Shown here: piece after piece, positions 12,896 to 29,799 of the stretch
Numbering within the stretch: position 1 is the stretch's first letter
How the letters are laid out: every line of letters starts with the position of its first letter
Assembly (NCBI RefSeq): GCF_009914755.1
Contig: NC_060929.1
DNA from: the human T2T-CHM13v2.0 reference genome, Homo sapiens
Reading direction: 5' to 3' (one strand)
Length of the DNA: 64,000 nucleotides
Notes under the pieces: generated by a model
The model's database searches: none
What the model was told of the DNA's origin: nothing
What the model saw: only the letters and a program-made list of their open reading frames with translations
Program-made: the position numbers and the translations under genes

Positions 12896-13539
12896 ATTGC
12901 AATGTGTTCACACAGATATTTCATAAGAGTACCAGTTCATTCTATATAATTTTAATGTTCTCATTAGCTTGATTTAAAGTCAAACAGTGAGTAGCACAGA
13001 TGATTTTTACATACTTCTCTATGAACAAAATTAACTACATTGGTTTTGGAGTACTTTTGAAATTACTGCTGAAAATGGATACATATTCTCTTATTGCTAT
13101 CAATAAAATGTAATGTGGCACACAATAAGGATTTCCCATCCTGTGACCTTCTACTTAGGTACATCTTGGATGCCTATAATACCTAGATTTAGAACACTTT
13201 CAACCCTAAGCTCTTTTCTGTGTGATTCTTACTTTGGAGCAGTGTGCCTAGATCTACAATAGAAAAACGGTTCCAGGTCTAATTTTTGTATATTTTAGTT
13301 ATTATAATACCAATAAAGTTCTGGAAAGGTTTTGCTTGAGTAATTTAATGAACATTCACCTAGCAAATGTCTCAAAATTCTACAAAATTTTCCATAAATG
13401 TTCGTTTGATTTTTTTATTCTCTTCTCAGTTAATCAAAGAAGCACACATTGTGATTTGTTAATCATTCTGTGAGTTGGTTTTTAACTTCCATTTATTTGT
13501 CCTTACATTCTTATGAGTTAGCATTTGAGTATATAACTA

Positions 13540-13780
13540 TGATGTTGCAGGGCAATCTGAAGATTAAGTTACAGACTACATAGGCTTTGTTCCAATTTCT
13601 TGGTAGATGAATCTCCAGGATGTCTCCATTAGAGATTTTCAGATTTCTCAGTTTTAAAATGGGGATAACACCATTTATACCACTGGGTAAACTGAGGATT
13701 ACTTGAAGTTTTATATATTTTTATATATGTGCATGTATATTGCCTGGCATATATTAGGCATTCTTCAAATGTGGGCTCTG
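13540..13780 (+). mobile_element. MIR SINE (degenerate)
   Basis: ctcagttttaaaatggggataaca...tgcctggcatatattaggcatt. Confidence 0.6.
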
Positions 13781-14032
13781 TTCTCTGTTCTAGCCTTCTT
13801 TTTCTTTGTAACTTTTACATCTCATGTCAACTTCCCCAGAAGATTTCTTTAGGAAGAATATACTACATTTGTATAGAGAACTATGTTTGAATCTAGATGT
13901 ACTGTATTAACTGGCCAAGTGATGAGCACTGGCCAATTGACAGACATTAGCTCCCACATCCACCAGTCTTTTTACACACAGGTACACATGTGTGCATATC
14001 TCTTTACAAGGAAACTGGCAACTTGGAATTTT

Positions 14033-14393
<361 letters not shown>

Positions 14394-14474
14394 TAAAAAT
14401 AATATGTCATACTTTGTGAGGTAGGTGCTATCATTATTTTATAGATGCATCTCCAAGAGATTGAATAACACGAA

Positions 14475-14800
14475 CTTGGTGGCTTATACGATAGAAATTT
14501 ATTTTTCACAGTTCTGGAGGCTGAGAAGTCCAAGGTCAAGGTGACAGCAGATTTGGTGTTTGATGAGGGCACTCTTTTTGGCTTACAGAAGACTATCTTC
14601 TCACTGTGAGTTCAAATTCAAAAGAGTAGAGAGGAAGTAAACTCTCTTTTGTCTCTTCATATAAGCGTGCTAATCCTATCATGAGGGCTCTACCCTCATT
14701 ATCTAATTATCTCCCCAAGGCCCATCTCCAAATGCTATCATTGGGGATTTAGGCTTCAATGTGAATTTTCAGGGGACACAAATACTTAGTCCATAGCAAT
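14475..14800 (-). mobile_element. MaLR LTR (MLT1A-like), inserted in a MIR remnant
   Basis: agaaatttatttttcacagttctggaggctgagaagtccaaggtcaagg...ggggacacaaatacttagtccatagca. Confidence 0.85.
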
Positions 14801-15109
14801 CACCAACTTGCCAAGTGTTGATAGCCTTAATGATATAAAAGTATGTAGAAATCAATTAAGAAAAGCACCAAAGCCCAAATAAAAAATGAAAATAGCTATT
14901 ATTTATTGAATGTTTATAATGTGTCAGAGACTGGTGGATTCTCAATTTCAAGGTGAGAAAACTAAGGGTCAATATCTTGTTCAAACTCATGCTGTTCACA
15001 AATTGGCAAAATATTTGGAAAGATACTTCTTAGAAAACATTAAAATGATATTTTATAGCCATTAACAATAAAAATAACCTTAAATTAATAAGACAATACT
15101 TTTTACTAC

Positions 15110-15272
15110 TATGTTAGTTTGTTTTGTGCTGCTATAACATAACATCACAGACTGAATCATTTATAATGAGCACAAATTTACTGGCTCAGTTCTGGAGGAG
15201 GCTGAGAAGTCCAAAATCAAGGGGCCAGCATGTGGTGAGGGGCTTCTTCCTGTGTCAACTCATGGCAGAATA

Positions 15273-15320
<48 letters not shown>

Positions 15321-15536
15321 AGGGAAGGGGAGAGGGGGAAAGAGAGAGAAAGAAAGAGGGTACCAAACTCATGCTTTTATAAGGGAACTACTCTTGCAAT
15401 AAGAGCATTAATCCATTCATGGGAATGGTGCACCATCATCCAAACACCTCCCTTTAGGCCCCACCTTTCAACACCACAGCATTGAGGATCAAATTTCCAA
15501 TACATGAACTTTGGGGAACACAGACAAACCATACCA
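15110..15536 (-). mobile_element. MaLR LTR (MST-type) with an expanded GA-rich purine tract
   Basis: tgctgctataacataacatcacagactg...ggccccacctttcaacacc...catgaactttgggg...aaaccatacca. Confidence 0.85.
15275..15360. repeat. 86-bp pure polypurine tract: (AG)n followed by GGGA-type repeats
   Basis: No pyrimidine on the + strand between 15275 and 15360. Confidence 0.95.
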
Positions 15537-15779
15537 CTACTAACTAAACAAAGAATAAAAATATCTAGCTTTGCCCAGGATTTGGGAAAAGGATTCCCTC
15601 ACATTCTATGGATGGGAGTGCAAAATTGACACAGACTTTATGAAATTGTTCCCCATTCCTCATTTTGCATCACCTGCTATAGGAAACAGTTTCTCAGTGA
15701 TAAGGGTAGGTGCGGTTGGAGGTAATGCACAGAGTATATGGTTTATAGAAAGCCAGGTACCTAAATACAGAATCTGAAA

Positions 15780-16010
15780 TGGTAATAACTACAATATATT
15801 GAGCAATCACTGTGTGCCAGGAACTTTACATACACTATTGCAATAAAAATGTGTTGCATGCAAAAATAAATAATCTCATGTTTCCTCACATGGTCTTTGT
15901 AAGGTCAGTCTTGGTTTCTGAGGCTCAGAGAGGCTAGCTACCCACAACCACCGAGATAGTAAATACAGAGCGAGGTTCTGGAAATGGATTTGTCTGATTT
16001 CACTTTTTTT
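15780..16010 (-). mobile_element. MIR SINE (degenerate)
   Basis: tattgagcaatcactgtgtgccaggaacttt...ctgaggctcagagaggct. Confidence 0.65.
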
Positions 16011-16197
16011 TTTCTGTCTCACCAAGTGAAAACTACATATATTAATATGTGACTGCTTGAGGTCCTTGCTATATGGATGTTATTATCATCCTCCAAGGAA
16101 AGTAGCTAGATGTGTCAACGAATAAAGGAGGAAAAATAACAGTAGGAAAAAATACCTGTAAATAGTTTGAGCAGCATTTAAATGAGAATTCTTGGTA

Positions 16198-17375
<1,178 letters not shown>

Positions 17376-18128
17376 AAGACTCCTTTGGGCCAAGAGGAGG
17401 AAGCTTATGTAGCCTCTCACACCTTAGTGAGTAGGAACCACCAACCTCTCCAGGGAGATCCTCTACACTTTGCACTGTGCCCTCAACCAGGCAGACTCAG
17501 GATGCACAATGGAGATTCCCTGCTCTGTCTTTTTCTGCCTAAACTTTGGAAACATGGAAAACTGACAATGAGCCATGCATTTTCTAATTGCTATGATGTA
17601 CATAAGAGGGATGGATGGTTCAATCTGGATGAAAGATATGCATCTATTATATGCTGCTATTGGCCACTTTTAACTTCTTACTGATGTGCTCTGGAAGTAC
17701 AGGCAGGGTCACCTTGGTCAGTGATGGATAAGAGAATAATAAATCACCAGCTCAAATAGACTTTTTGGGGCCAATTGAGATCTCAGAACACATTAAGGAA
17801 AGTAGCTTTCAGACAATGAGCCGTGTCAAGTGAAGTGAAACTTCTTCAAGGATTCTGTCAGTTGGAACCTATTGATTTTCATAGGGACTATCAAACCAGG
17901 TCTCCTGGAATAGGAACAGGAATATTTCTATCCAGTTTGTGACAAGAATATGTATATAAGAGAGCAAAGGTGACAGGGAGGAATGTTAAATCATGGCCTG
18001 ATTTGTATGCTTTACCATTCAAGAATATACTTGAAAGTCAGAACATTCTTCCAGAGCATTGTTATGATTTGATGCATTTTCTTTATTGACATAAACATTG
18101 GTGGAATTTATTACAATTCTGCATTCTT

Positions 18129-19502
<1,374 letters not shown>

Positions 19503-19568
19503 TCAATCTCGTTTAGATATTTTGTTGCCTTTTAGAAAACAAACACTATAATTCAAAAGCAGGCTGAT

Positions 19569-19615
19569 GAGAGAGACAGAAAGACAGAGAGAGAGAGACA
19601 GACAGACAGACAGAC
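19569..19615. repeat. (GA)n/(GACA)n compound repeat
   Basis: Read directly. Confidence 0.85.
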
Positions 19616-21197
19616 CATGAGCTAGAGCACCAACAGGCCTGAGTGCTGTTGCCCAAAAGATGAATTTACTTTGCTGGTATGCCATCCACTCAAATTATGA
19701 CATTTAACCCCTTAGTACTTTTATAAGCATTGGGCAATTGGAACTAAAGTGATTTTCACTCTTTAAATGGAATCTATGGAGCAGAAAAAGGAGATATATA
19801 ACCAACTAAAAACAGAGGAAACCTCAGAAGGAGAGCTTATGTTACTTCACTCTGGTAGAAGCAGGAGTTTAAGAACTTCTCAGAGAGCTCAGTGGTAAAT
19901 GCCTTGTTACCAAAGGGGAGCTGCTGGGGCACTAGGAAAGTTGAGAGAAGCTCAGGGTCAGGAGATCAAAGCTGGAGAGTGCTGTCCAATGGACCACAAC
20001 CAGGAGAGCTGAGAGAGCCAGAAGGACACAGGCTATCAGCCTCAAAGCAGACTTAGGATTCATACCTTAGTGAGAAGGGGAAAGCTATCATCTTAGAGTT
20101 AACAGGGAAAAATGTGTTAATAAATTTTAATTTGTATTTTTTTATGGTACAAAAAGTTGAATGGTGGCCAGAGTTGCATATATCCAGTCACTGTAAACAG
20201 AGGACGAAAAGAAAGCTAAAAAGATCAAGTCATGGAACTCCAAAACCATTTATTTTCTAGAAGAGGGGAAATGAACTATGTACAGAGGATACTAATTAAA
20301 AGAGATCCATATAGTTTTCAGTACTGAATTAGTTTTCAACGTTTTTTAAAATTAAGTACTCACAACTCACCATATGTCATGTCACTCACTTTAACGGTAA
20401 AGGAGCATAATGCTAATAAGAATGGAACCCACACTGAATTGTTAAACACTATGTAATGTAGTGCCGCTTTCACATGTTAACACAAAGCTCCCCAAGGAAG
20501 TATTTTTCTTATGAGAGTCTTAGAGAAGTGTCATGTTCAAAATACACAATAGCATGTATTCTAGAACTCAGGGCTTTTGAATTCCAAATCTGGGCATTTT
20601 TTATAGATGCCATGAAGGCCCTGATAGAGACAAAGGCAAAAAAGAATTCAATCAGGAATGATTTTGGTCCAGATTTGGGACTAAAACTAGATGTTTCTCC
20701 TTATTTACCTGATAAAGGATGATTAAGCCTTTATTGACACAGGCACAGAGAAGCGGAGTGCTGCTTGTAAGTTACACTGTGAAGAATGGGCAAATAATAT
20801 TCGATGTGTGCAGAGAATGCAAGCAACATGTTATCTTTGCCAAATTCTGTTAAAACCTGAGTTTAGTGAGTCTCACATACAATATCCACTGGCAAATGAA
20901 GGAAAAACAACTGGGAACTGTGAGATATACAGACTACACACATGGCTTGATGTGACTCTTAACTCTTTGTCTTAGTGGTAGGTGGGATGCAGTATGAACA
21001 CAGGTGTGGCTATATGGGTCAGATTCCAATTTCCTTCCTACTGTGAGAATATGTCACAGGATAAATTCAGTTAAAGTTACCTATACTTATCTCTACCCCA
21101 AAGTTGAAGAGTATCAGATGGATAGTTATATCTAAAAGAACACATTAGATGGATGTTTTTCCCCGACACAACCTACCAATCTGTCACTGGCAGGATT

Positions 21198-22112
21198 TTT
21201 CTTTTTTTTTTTTTAACTTTTATTTTAGGTTCAGGGGATACATATGCAGGTTTGTTATGTAGGTAAACTCGTGTCATGGGGATTTGTTGTACAGATTATT
21301 TCATCACCCAGGTACTAAGCCTAGTACTCAATAGTTATTTTTTCTGCTCCTCTCTCTCCTCCCGCCCTTCACCTCCAGGTAGGCCCCAGTGGCAATATGT
21401 GTTGTTTGTGTCCATATGTTCCCATCATTTAGCTCCCACTTATAAGTGAGAACATGTGGTATTTAGTTTTCTGTTACTGTGTTAGTTTGGATAATGGCCT
21501 AGGGATAACAGCCTTCAGCTCCATCCATGTTCCTGCAAAGGACATTATCTCATTCTTTTTTATGGCTGCATAGTATTCTATGTATATATGTACCACATTT
21601 TCTTTATTCAGTTTACCATTGATGGACATTTAGGTTAATTCTATGTATTAGCTAGTGTGAACAGTGCTGCAGTGAACATATGTGTGCATGTATCTTTATA
21701 ACAGAATGATTTATATTCCTTTGGACATATACCCAGTAATGGGATTGCTGAGTTGAATGGTAGTTCTGTTTTCAGCTTTTTGAAGAGTTCCTTTCTACAA
21801 TGGTTGAACCAATTTACACTCCCACCAACAGTGTATGAGTGTTCCCTTTCCTCCACAACCTTACCAGCATCTGTGATTTTTTTGACGCTTCTGCTCTTTA
21901 GTTTTATTAGATCCATTTGTCAATTTTTTGCTTTTGTTGCAGTTGCTTTTGGCATCTTCGTCATGAATTCCTTGCCAATTCCTATGTCCAGAATGGTATT
22001 GCCTAGGTTGTCTTCCAGAGTTTTTATAGTTTTGGGTTTTACATTTAAGGCTTTAATCCATCTTGAGTTTATTTTTGTATATGGTGTAAGGAAGGAGTCC
22101 AGTTTTAATCTT
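21198..22112 (-). mobile_element. Older L1PA (about L1PA13-16) 3' fragment with internal deletion
   Basis: ttttaacttttattttaggttcagggg 3' end. ORF 21641-21916 is degenerate ORF2 C-terminus (PLLGICPKEYKSFCYKDTCTHMFTAALFT). Confidence 0.92.
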
Positions 22113-24379
22113 CACTCCCAGCATTTTTCTTTGAGATTTTAGGATCAGAACAATCTAGAACTGTTTTTACCATCAGGACATATGGAGTGTCCTGATCAGT
22201 TTCAAGGAGTGGCATATATAATAAAGTACTATAAACTGTATATGATACCTTTTATTGATAAATCAAAGCAGATCCAAGATTATCATCCTCATCTTTTAAA
22301 TTTTGATGTATTTTTATGGAGGGGAATGTGGGTGAGTGTCAAATCAAAATTTACCCACCACACTTACATCTGCAAAAAAATGTATCAGTATCCTCTATTT
22401 TCTACAACAGCATTTACTCTGAACCTGAATTCCTCTTGCTATCACTGGATACCTGGGAGGAAAACATACTAAAAATTTCCAGTCAAAGATATCTTAGTTT
22501 ATTCCTGTTTAAGAGTCTCTTTTAGTTTAAAAGTATTTCTTTAGGGTGAAGATTGAGTTCATCTGTCTCTCAGAGCAATGTTTTCCTTACCCTGTTATTT
22601 CCCACTGGCCTCTGGCTTAGATAACCCAGGGAAGCGTGGTGAGCATGAAGAGGCCACATACCAGGGCCACTGCCAGATGCTGTCTGCAGTAGAGACCTGG
22701 ATAGGTCAGGAAATCTACAGCTACAGATGACTAGGGACAGATCATGTGCTCACTGGCTCTATGGGAGAGGCCAATAAATACTGAACACACACTCAGAGAC
22801 CAAACCAGTCCAGGGGTCACAAGCCCCTTGGCCACCATATCCTTTGAAACCGGACAGTCTTGGAAAATATCAGAGATGGAGAAATAATAGGGCATAAACA
22901 TGGAATGTGTGCATACTACCCAATTAACTCTTACAAGCTTTTAAACTGTGAGCAGTTTTACTCAGAAGAAGAGACTTAACAGACATGCTGATGAGAGAGT
23001 GCTTTGAGGATGTGCACGCCACTGTATGGAGAAAGATGCTGGGAAGGACTGAGCTGACACACTTTTGTTTATCTGGTCTTTCAGAGAAAAGTGAAGCTCT
23101 GGGTTCAATTCATGTTAAAATGCTACCTCAGAAAATCTAGACTTCTACATCTAGAAAGAATATATTGCTATGGGGCAACACTGACAAAGAAATTTTTTTT
23201 ATCAAACCTCAAATCATTAAGATCTCTAGAATCTCTGTCTTTCCCATTCTAAACCAAGAGTATGATTATATTATTTTTTGGTTCAACATTAATTTCTTCT
23301 GTACTTTTCTGGTCATGAATAACTCTAGAAGAACCATGTGAGAGCCTCTCTTTCCACCAAGTTTTTAGCATTCATGAACAACATTAGCCAGGTTCTTTGA
23401 AAAAGGTCTGAATTGTCCTTGAAAGAATAGGCAGTGAGCTAAGCTTTCTTCTAAGAGCATCCAGGTTTTTATTTTTTCCATTGAACCCTAAGATGTAATT
23501 GATGAAGCTTAAAATGTTAATACTTTCAGGAGTATTATTTTTATTTTTATTATTTAACAGTATACAAAATCATAAGCTTTTTTGGCTTTGTAACTAATAG
23601 AAAATCACTTAGTTTTAAGGATCAAGGAAAAGATCAAAGGAATATCTCAGGGTCTCTGAGTGTATATAATATTGTGCCCCTTTAATCACTCAAATTAAAG
23701 TTTGGGAATTGTGCACATAAATCATTGTTGTTTGATTGAAATAATATACAATGAAAACCTATATTTCATTATTTTCATGGCTTCTTGATAATTTAAAAAT
23801 CTTGGTCATATGAAATGGTCATAAAAATTACCAAAATTACTGTCTTTACCATATAAAAATTACTAAAAGGCACTAAGAAGAAAGGACGGAGTATATTACA
23901 CCTCTGTCAGACTTGAATATATAAAGGACATGGTTGATACCCAGGTTTATGGTCAACTTAGATGTGACCCTGGTGGTTGACAGTGATTAGTAAACATATG
24001 AAATTGTCTTAAAACCTCCCTAAAGTTTAAACAGGACAGTGCAGCTCTTAGTCTTCAGAAAAGGTGAGAGAAGGCATTTATTTAAGTGAAAATAGGCATT
24101 AGTTTTCTTTTTGATTAACCTCAGGCAGGAAGATTATATTAGGATACAGTTTAGGATTCTGATGAAGTTGTCATTCACTTTTAGAAAATTTTTTAAAATA
24201 ACAATAAAAATAAAATTGTGTTTCATATTTAGTAGATACTTTCTCTGACTGGGGTGGAACATTTTCATAAATCCCTATATTTCTAAACTTAGTATGCTGC
24301 AATTGTAGTGCCTTCTCTGTTAAGAATTAAAAAATTGGAAACAGAAGATTAGAAATGCTCACTTTGATTTGAAAAGTCA

Positions 24380-24580
24380 TTCTAGGAAAGGCACTGACAT
24401 TTAGTGAACGTTTCACAGGGACTAGGAAATTTCACACATACTCTTATTCAATCCTTAAAACAATAATATTCCAGAATAACAATTATCCCCATTTTACACA
24501 TGATGAAATTGAAGCAGTCCTCATATAGATTAAGGGACTTGATTAAAGACTCTAAATGATCAAGCCAGGATTCAAATTGA
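24380..24580 (-). mobile_element. MIR SINE
   Basis: attatccccattttacacatgatgaaattgaagca...gccaggattcaaa. Confidence 0.7.
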
Positions 24581-25704
24581 ATTCTTTAAAAAATGTACAG
24601 ACAAGGATGCTGATTATAGAATATATTAGTAATAAATCTTAAGGAATCATTCATGTCTAACATTAGGGCTAGGCATTGATGACATTGGGCCTTAGGAAGG
24701 TGTTTTACATTCTGCTTATGGATATTAGATATTCATAAAATTTTTATTATGTTTTTGTGTAAAAGAACAAAATTTCAAATATTTTTATATTTGAAAATGT
24801 AAAAAGAAGTATACATACATATCTGAAAACAAATAAACCAAAATGCTAATGATTAGTTGTGTTACAATGGTGGATATATTCCTCACTCTTTTTATATTTT
24901 CTATATTTTTAAATGTGACTATGATACTTCTAGAAAAATATATAATATGTGTTGATTTCCTTCTATCCCTGACAACATGAATCTTAAAAAATAATTTGGG
25001 AGGCTTAACATTAATTCTCTCTTTGTTAATCAGTTTCTTTTTCATAAGACCATGCTGATGCTGGCACCTTCTTGGGAAATATGAGGAGTAAAGACCCAGC
25101 CAGGCTCTGTGCCCATGGAGGGCACAGAGGCAAGTCAAAATATCCACAGCTACATCCATAGAATTCTTTTCTGCTTACCAAGGATATCATAGTTGCTTCT
25201 TTGAGAATGGATAGTACATTCCAATTCTCACCATTATCATTTTCTAATCTCTATCATTTCATTCTCTTTTAATCACTCTGGTTGTGTTTGATACAAATGA
25301 TGGAACACTCAAATTAAACGCAAGGTGTGCTGTTGGAAGGAAAAGTACGGGATTTCTGTCTGGCAGCTATAAAAGCTCTATAGCCTGAAATGGGGGAGAA
25401 GAGTGAGCAGGAGTATCAGTACTTGCTGCAGTGGATTTAGAAGGTCAGTAACTTCACCTGTGCATTAATAATTTATATTTTTCCAAGTGTTCTTCACTTA
25501 CCTTGAAAGAGAATCTAGAGGCTCTTTGAAACAGACATTCTCCACTCCACTGGTGTCAATAACATGAAAAAATGTCATGTAGACTTAAGTGGCAAGATGA
25601 GAACTGACCAACCAATTCTAATCTCATCTAACTGAAGCTTAATGTTAAACCAGAATTTTTTTTCTTTGAGCTGCCAGCATTTTGTATTCAATCACCAGCC
25701 TCCA

Positions 25705-26570
25705 TACCTCATTCATTCATTTAACAAATTATTAAATGCCAGGTATTGGTAAATAACGCCAAAGATAGCATATGTAGAAAACAGACAAGATCCTTTCTGT
25801 CATAGAACTCATGCTCCGATGGAAGAAATAGATGATGAATTAGTAACTAAATGATAACATAGCTTTTTGTGACTGTTATAAAAAATTGAATGGTATGACT
25901 CACCGTGTGTGTATGTGTGTATGTTGTATGTGTGTTAGTGTGTAACTACTTTTGATGGAGTGGCCAGGAAAGGCCTCTAGGTGACTCTCAATGAACCAAG
26001 TGAAAAAAGAGGCCTGATGGAAGAGGGAACAGCAAATGCAAAGGCCTTGAAGCTTGGTCTAGTTGAATGGCCTGCATATGAAGGACAGTGACATCAGACC
26101 AATAGGGTGAGGCCAAGCCATCCTGTTTTAAGGTCTATGGCAAAGAGTTTATACTTACTCTAAGCACAGTGGGACTCCAACAAAGGCATTTAAGCTGAGA
26201 GTAACATGATCTGATTTACATTTTAAAGATATCATTCTGGATGTTGTGTGTAGAAGGACTGAATATAAAGGGTAAGGATCAAAGCAGTGAGGCAAGTTAG
26301 GAAATATTATAACATTGCTGTTGCCTTTAAAGTAGGAGAGAAATCAGACCAGAATGGTGACATGAAATAATCCATTTTATTTCCTCTACTCCCAGGTGAA
26401 GAAGTGAAGAAAGAGTGCAGAGGCAACAATAGAGAGGTTTTCTGTGAAGGGAAGCAGAGATATGCTTTGGAAGTGGGAGGGGATGGTAAGGGACTGAGAG
26501 ACCTTTTTAAAGATGAGAGTTATTAAATCAGGATCATGCTCGTGTGTTCTAGATCCCAGGGAGATACAGA
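25705..26570 (-). mobile_element. L2 LINE 3' region
   Basis: cattcattcatttaacaaattatt 3' microsatellite; gaagagggaacagcaaatgcaaaggccttga; catgatctgatttacattttaaagatatcattctgg. Confidence 0.8.
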
Positions 26571-27499
26571 TAAAAGAAGCAAGAGAAAAAAGTGCTGGGT
26601 AAAGACATGAAGATTCTTCTTCTGCTCTATCTATCAGGTTCTTTTCCTCTTCTCCCTGCCTCTGCTAAGCCCAACCTCTTTCTGTTGAGAGTCGGGCATC
26701 AGCCAAATTCTTTGTATTAACTTTGTTTAGCTTGTTATATCTCCCAGGAATATTTTAAGCCTATTTCATTCATTGCAAAATAAAAAGACTGTTTCCTGTG
26801 AAAAGAATTTCTGGTATCTGCAAGCACATAGGTTTGTATTTAGAATCTAAGAATGAAGGGAGAGAGGTAACTCCCTTTGGAGATGCTGCTCTGTTCTGAA
26901 TCTACGTGTCTTACAAAGGCTTCAAGTTCTGAAATAGAAGTGTCTTTCTGGGTTAAGCTTCCCAGAGGCACTCTTGTTTTGCCTAGACTCTTATTTCAAT
27001 CCTGGGCTTCCTCCTCTATTGGAAATCCCTTCTTTTTTCCTTTTGTTCTTCCCAATGTCTTAGAGTCTGCAGGGAATAGGAAGTGGCTAGTAACAGAGCT
27101 ATAAAATATTGGGTTTTACAATGCTCAAAGACAAGCTTATCTGATGATTACAGCCTGTCTTCCCATACTGATCAGAACAAGGTTGGCTTCATGTTAGTCA
27201 GTGTTAAATGTAATATGGAGTATTGGTTTTCCTTACAATATCAGTCTCCTTCTTGTTCCAGCACACCATATCCAATGCTTGCTGCTGCCCTCACCTCTAA
27301 ACCGTCACCCACCCTGTGCAGTGATCCTTTCCATTCTCTTCTTCGTTGAGCCTAAACTCACACTGAAAAATCTGGGAAAAGAGCATCTGAGACAGAGTAC
27401 TATCAAGTGCCAAGTGAAAGGACCCAACAGTGGAGACTATCCTGGCTTCCTGGAAGATGAGCAGTGAGCCGGTGTAAAAGAAGAGGAAGAATACTAGGA

Positions 27500-28100
27500 G
27501 AGTTCAGCACAATGGACAGGGCCAAGGCATTATTAGTATATACTAGTGGACCATAGAATCTAAGCCAAGTAGGAGCTTTAAAGATAGGTAGTAGAAATCA
27601 GAGAGTGTAATGTTTGAAATCAAGATTTGTGATGTGGTTCAGTTGATGGTAACAAGAAGGCCTGAGATGTTGTCATGGAAATGAGTTGCTAAGGAAGAAT
27701 CGAGGAAGTGGTAAAAGAACTGAGAGGCAAGAATGTTGAATGAACCATCCATGTGAAAGTTGAAGTTGTTAAGAATGATTATGGAGAATAATGGTTGAGA
27801 TGGAGACATACATGCTAAAATGTTCAGTATAGGAATGTGTTAGTGAAAGGGAGGTGGGAAAATGACTACAATGAGGTAGAGTTGCAGGATGCATTTGCTG
27901 ATGGAAGACATTTCAAAGGAGCTGGGATTTTGGAGGAAGAAGGGAGGAGAAATGATTTGGGCATAGCAATGAGGAGCAAGAAGGATGTCTATCCTGCTTC
28001 CAGGTCTTGGGGTACATTTCTTCATGGACCAAAAACAAGTCACTCCTTGAGAACGCTGAAAAATGTGAGACAGTCATAAGATGCCCAGGTTTCTGGTAGA
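27500..28100 (-). mobile_element. Probable degenerate L2 internal fragment
   Basis: Purine-rich tract with L2-like motifs (ccatgtgaaagttgaagtt); identified by eye only. Confidence 0.4.
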
Positions 28101-29431
28101 ACAAGAGGATAAAGATAAATAATCAGACTTGATTAAAATTCTGTATTTATTGGAGGTACCAGCCTCATGTAGGAAAACCTCGATATTTGTATGTGTCCTG
28201 CATTTGATTTTGGGGTGTTCAAACAGAAGTTCTTAGCTTTCAAATTCTTGTAGACTAAAACTGTCATTCTTGAATTTAACAAAACTCCAGTGGTCAAGAT
28301 TTTTCACCAAGCATGTTAGTGCCAACATATACTTGTTGAATGTCAAAAAATAGGATGCTAAATTAAGCAGAAGTTATGCATAGGGAATCATTGGGAAAGC
28401 ATAAAGATGTTTGGTTGCTTATTTATTTATGCATTAATGATTTATATTGTGCTTGTTTCCATAAAGGATTTGAAGAGCACAATTATGTACTTAGCATAAT
28501 ATCTCTGGACATCATTCATACCAAAAATAAGTCAAAGAAGCCAAAGACAGAATACAGAGACAAAACAAGATTTATAGTCTTAATCTCTGCAAGGAAAATA
28601 AGATAAGGCTGAGCATTTTCTGTGGAAATGCTGCTTTACTTGCCTGAATGATTAAAACAAAAAGAGCAGCAGTCTTTAGTTGCACAGGTCACCCCAGTTT
28701 TCCAAGAGTGTTTGAACTTCCAGAGTCTGGATATAGGCTACATCTAAGATAGCCAGGTTGTTCAAATCTAACAGAAGTCTGGTTATTGTCCTCTCTATTC
28801 TCCAGTTTATTCACCCCCTTTCTCCATTTGTAATTACCACAAAGCAGAAACTGGTTTTCCTTTAAGCCATCATTGCTTTTTTCTTCATATGTTTTTAATT
28901 ATTTCTCTTTTCCTCATCAACAGTCTTGGTCCCAGCACAAGAGTGTTTATTTGCTGCATATCTTAGTGAAGGATCTGTGTTTCATCAATCCCATTCCAGT
29001 GATGGAGCCTTTTTCTCTGGTGTTACTCTAGAATTATACCTCTTATCTACTTCTTTCTCCCCTACCATGGGGACAGACAGGAAAATTGGGATTTCTTTCA
29101 GTTTTAAGAAATCTTGAGTGTCATGGAGTCTTGAAACTATAAAAACCTGTATAATTTCTTTTATTAAATTTTAAATTTTTTTCTGTGTATAAGCTTCAAA
29201 AAGTATATCAAAGACCATTAGAATACTTAGGGCCGTTTAAGTAAAGGAGCTAGGACAAGGCATTACAGAAAAACCCCAGGTGCCCAATCCATTTGATGGC
29301 TATCCACTTCATGTTAGTAACAAGAGCAATGACAAATAAATGGAGACAAGGTTCTTTCTGATGAGCAATAATACACCATAAATTAGAGAAGCAAGACTAT
29401 GAGTCCACTGCTGTCAATTTAGTTTACCTGG

Positions 29432-29777
29432 TGTCTTAGTCCATTTTCTGTTGCTATAAACAGAATACCGCATTCTAGATAATAAACAGCAATGTATTTG
29501 ACTCATAGTTCTGGAAGGGGGTCATCCCATGGCAGATGGGCAGGATCCTGAAGCAAGTGCTTGTGTCACAGAGAGAAACAGAACTGAACGTATCCTTTCA
29601 TCAAGAGCCACTCCCATCATAACTATCTCACTCCCAGGATGACGGCAATAAATCACTCATGAGAGCACATACCTCATGACTTAATCATCTCCTAAAGGCC
29701 CTACCTCTTAATACTGATACAATGGCAATTAAGTTTCCAACACATGAACTTTTGGAGGATGCATTCAAATCATAGCA
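29432..29777 (-). mobile_element. MaLR LTR (MSTC/D-like)
   Basis: tgtcttagtccattttctgttgctata...cattcaaatcatagca; 5-bp flanks cctgg/cctag. Confidence 0.85.
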
Positions 29778-29799
29778 CCTAGTAACAGATAAAAACTCT

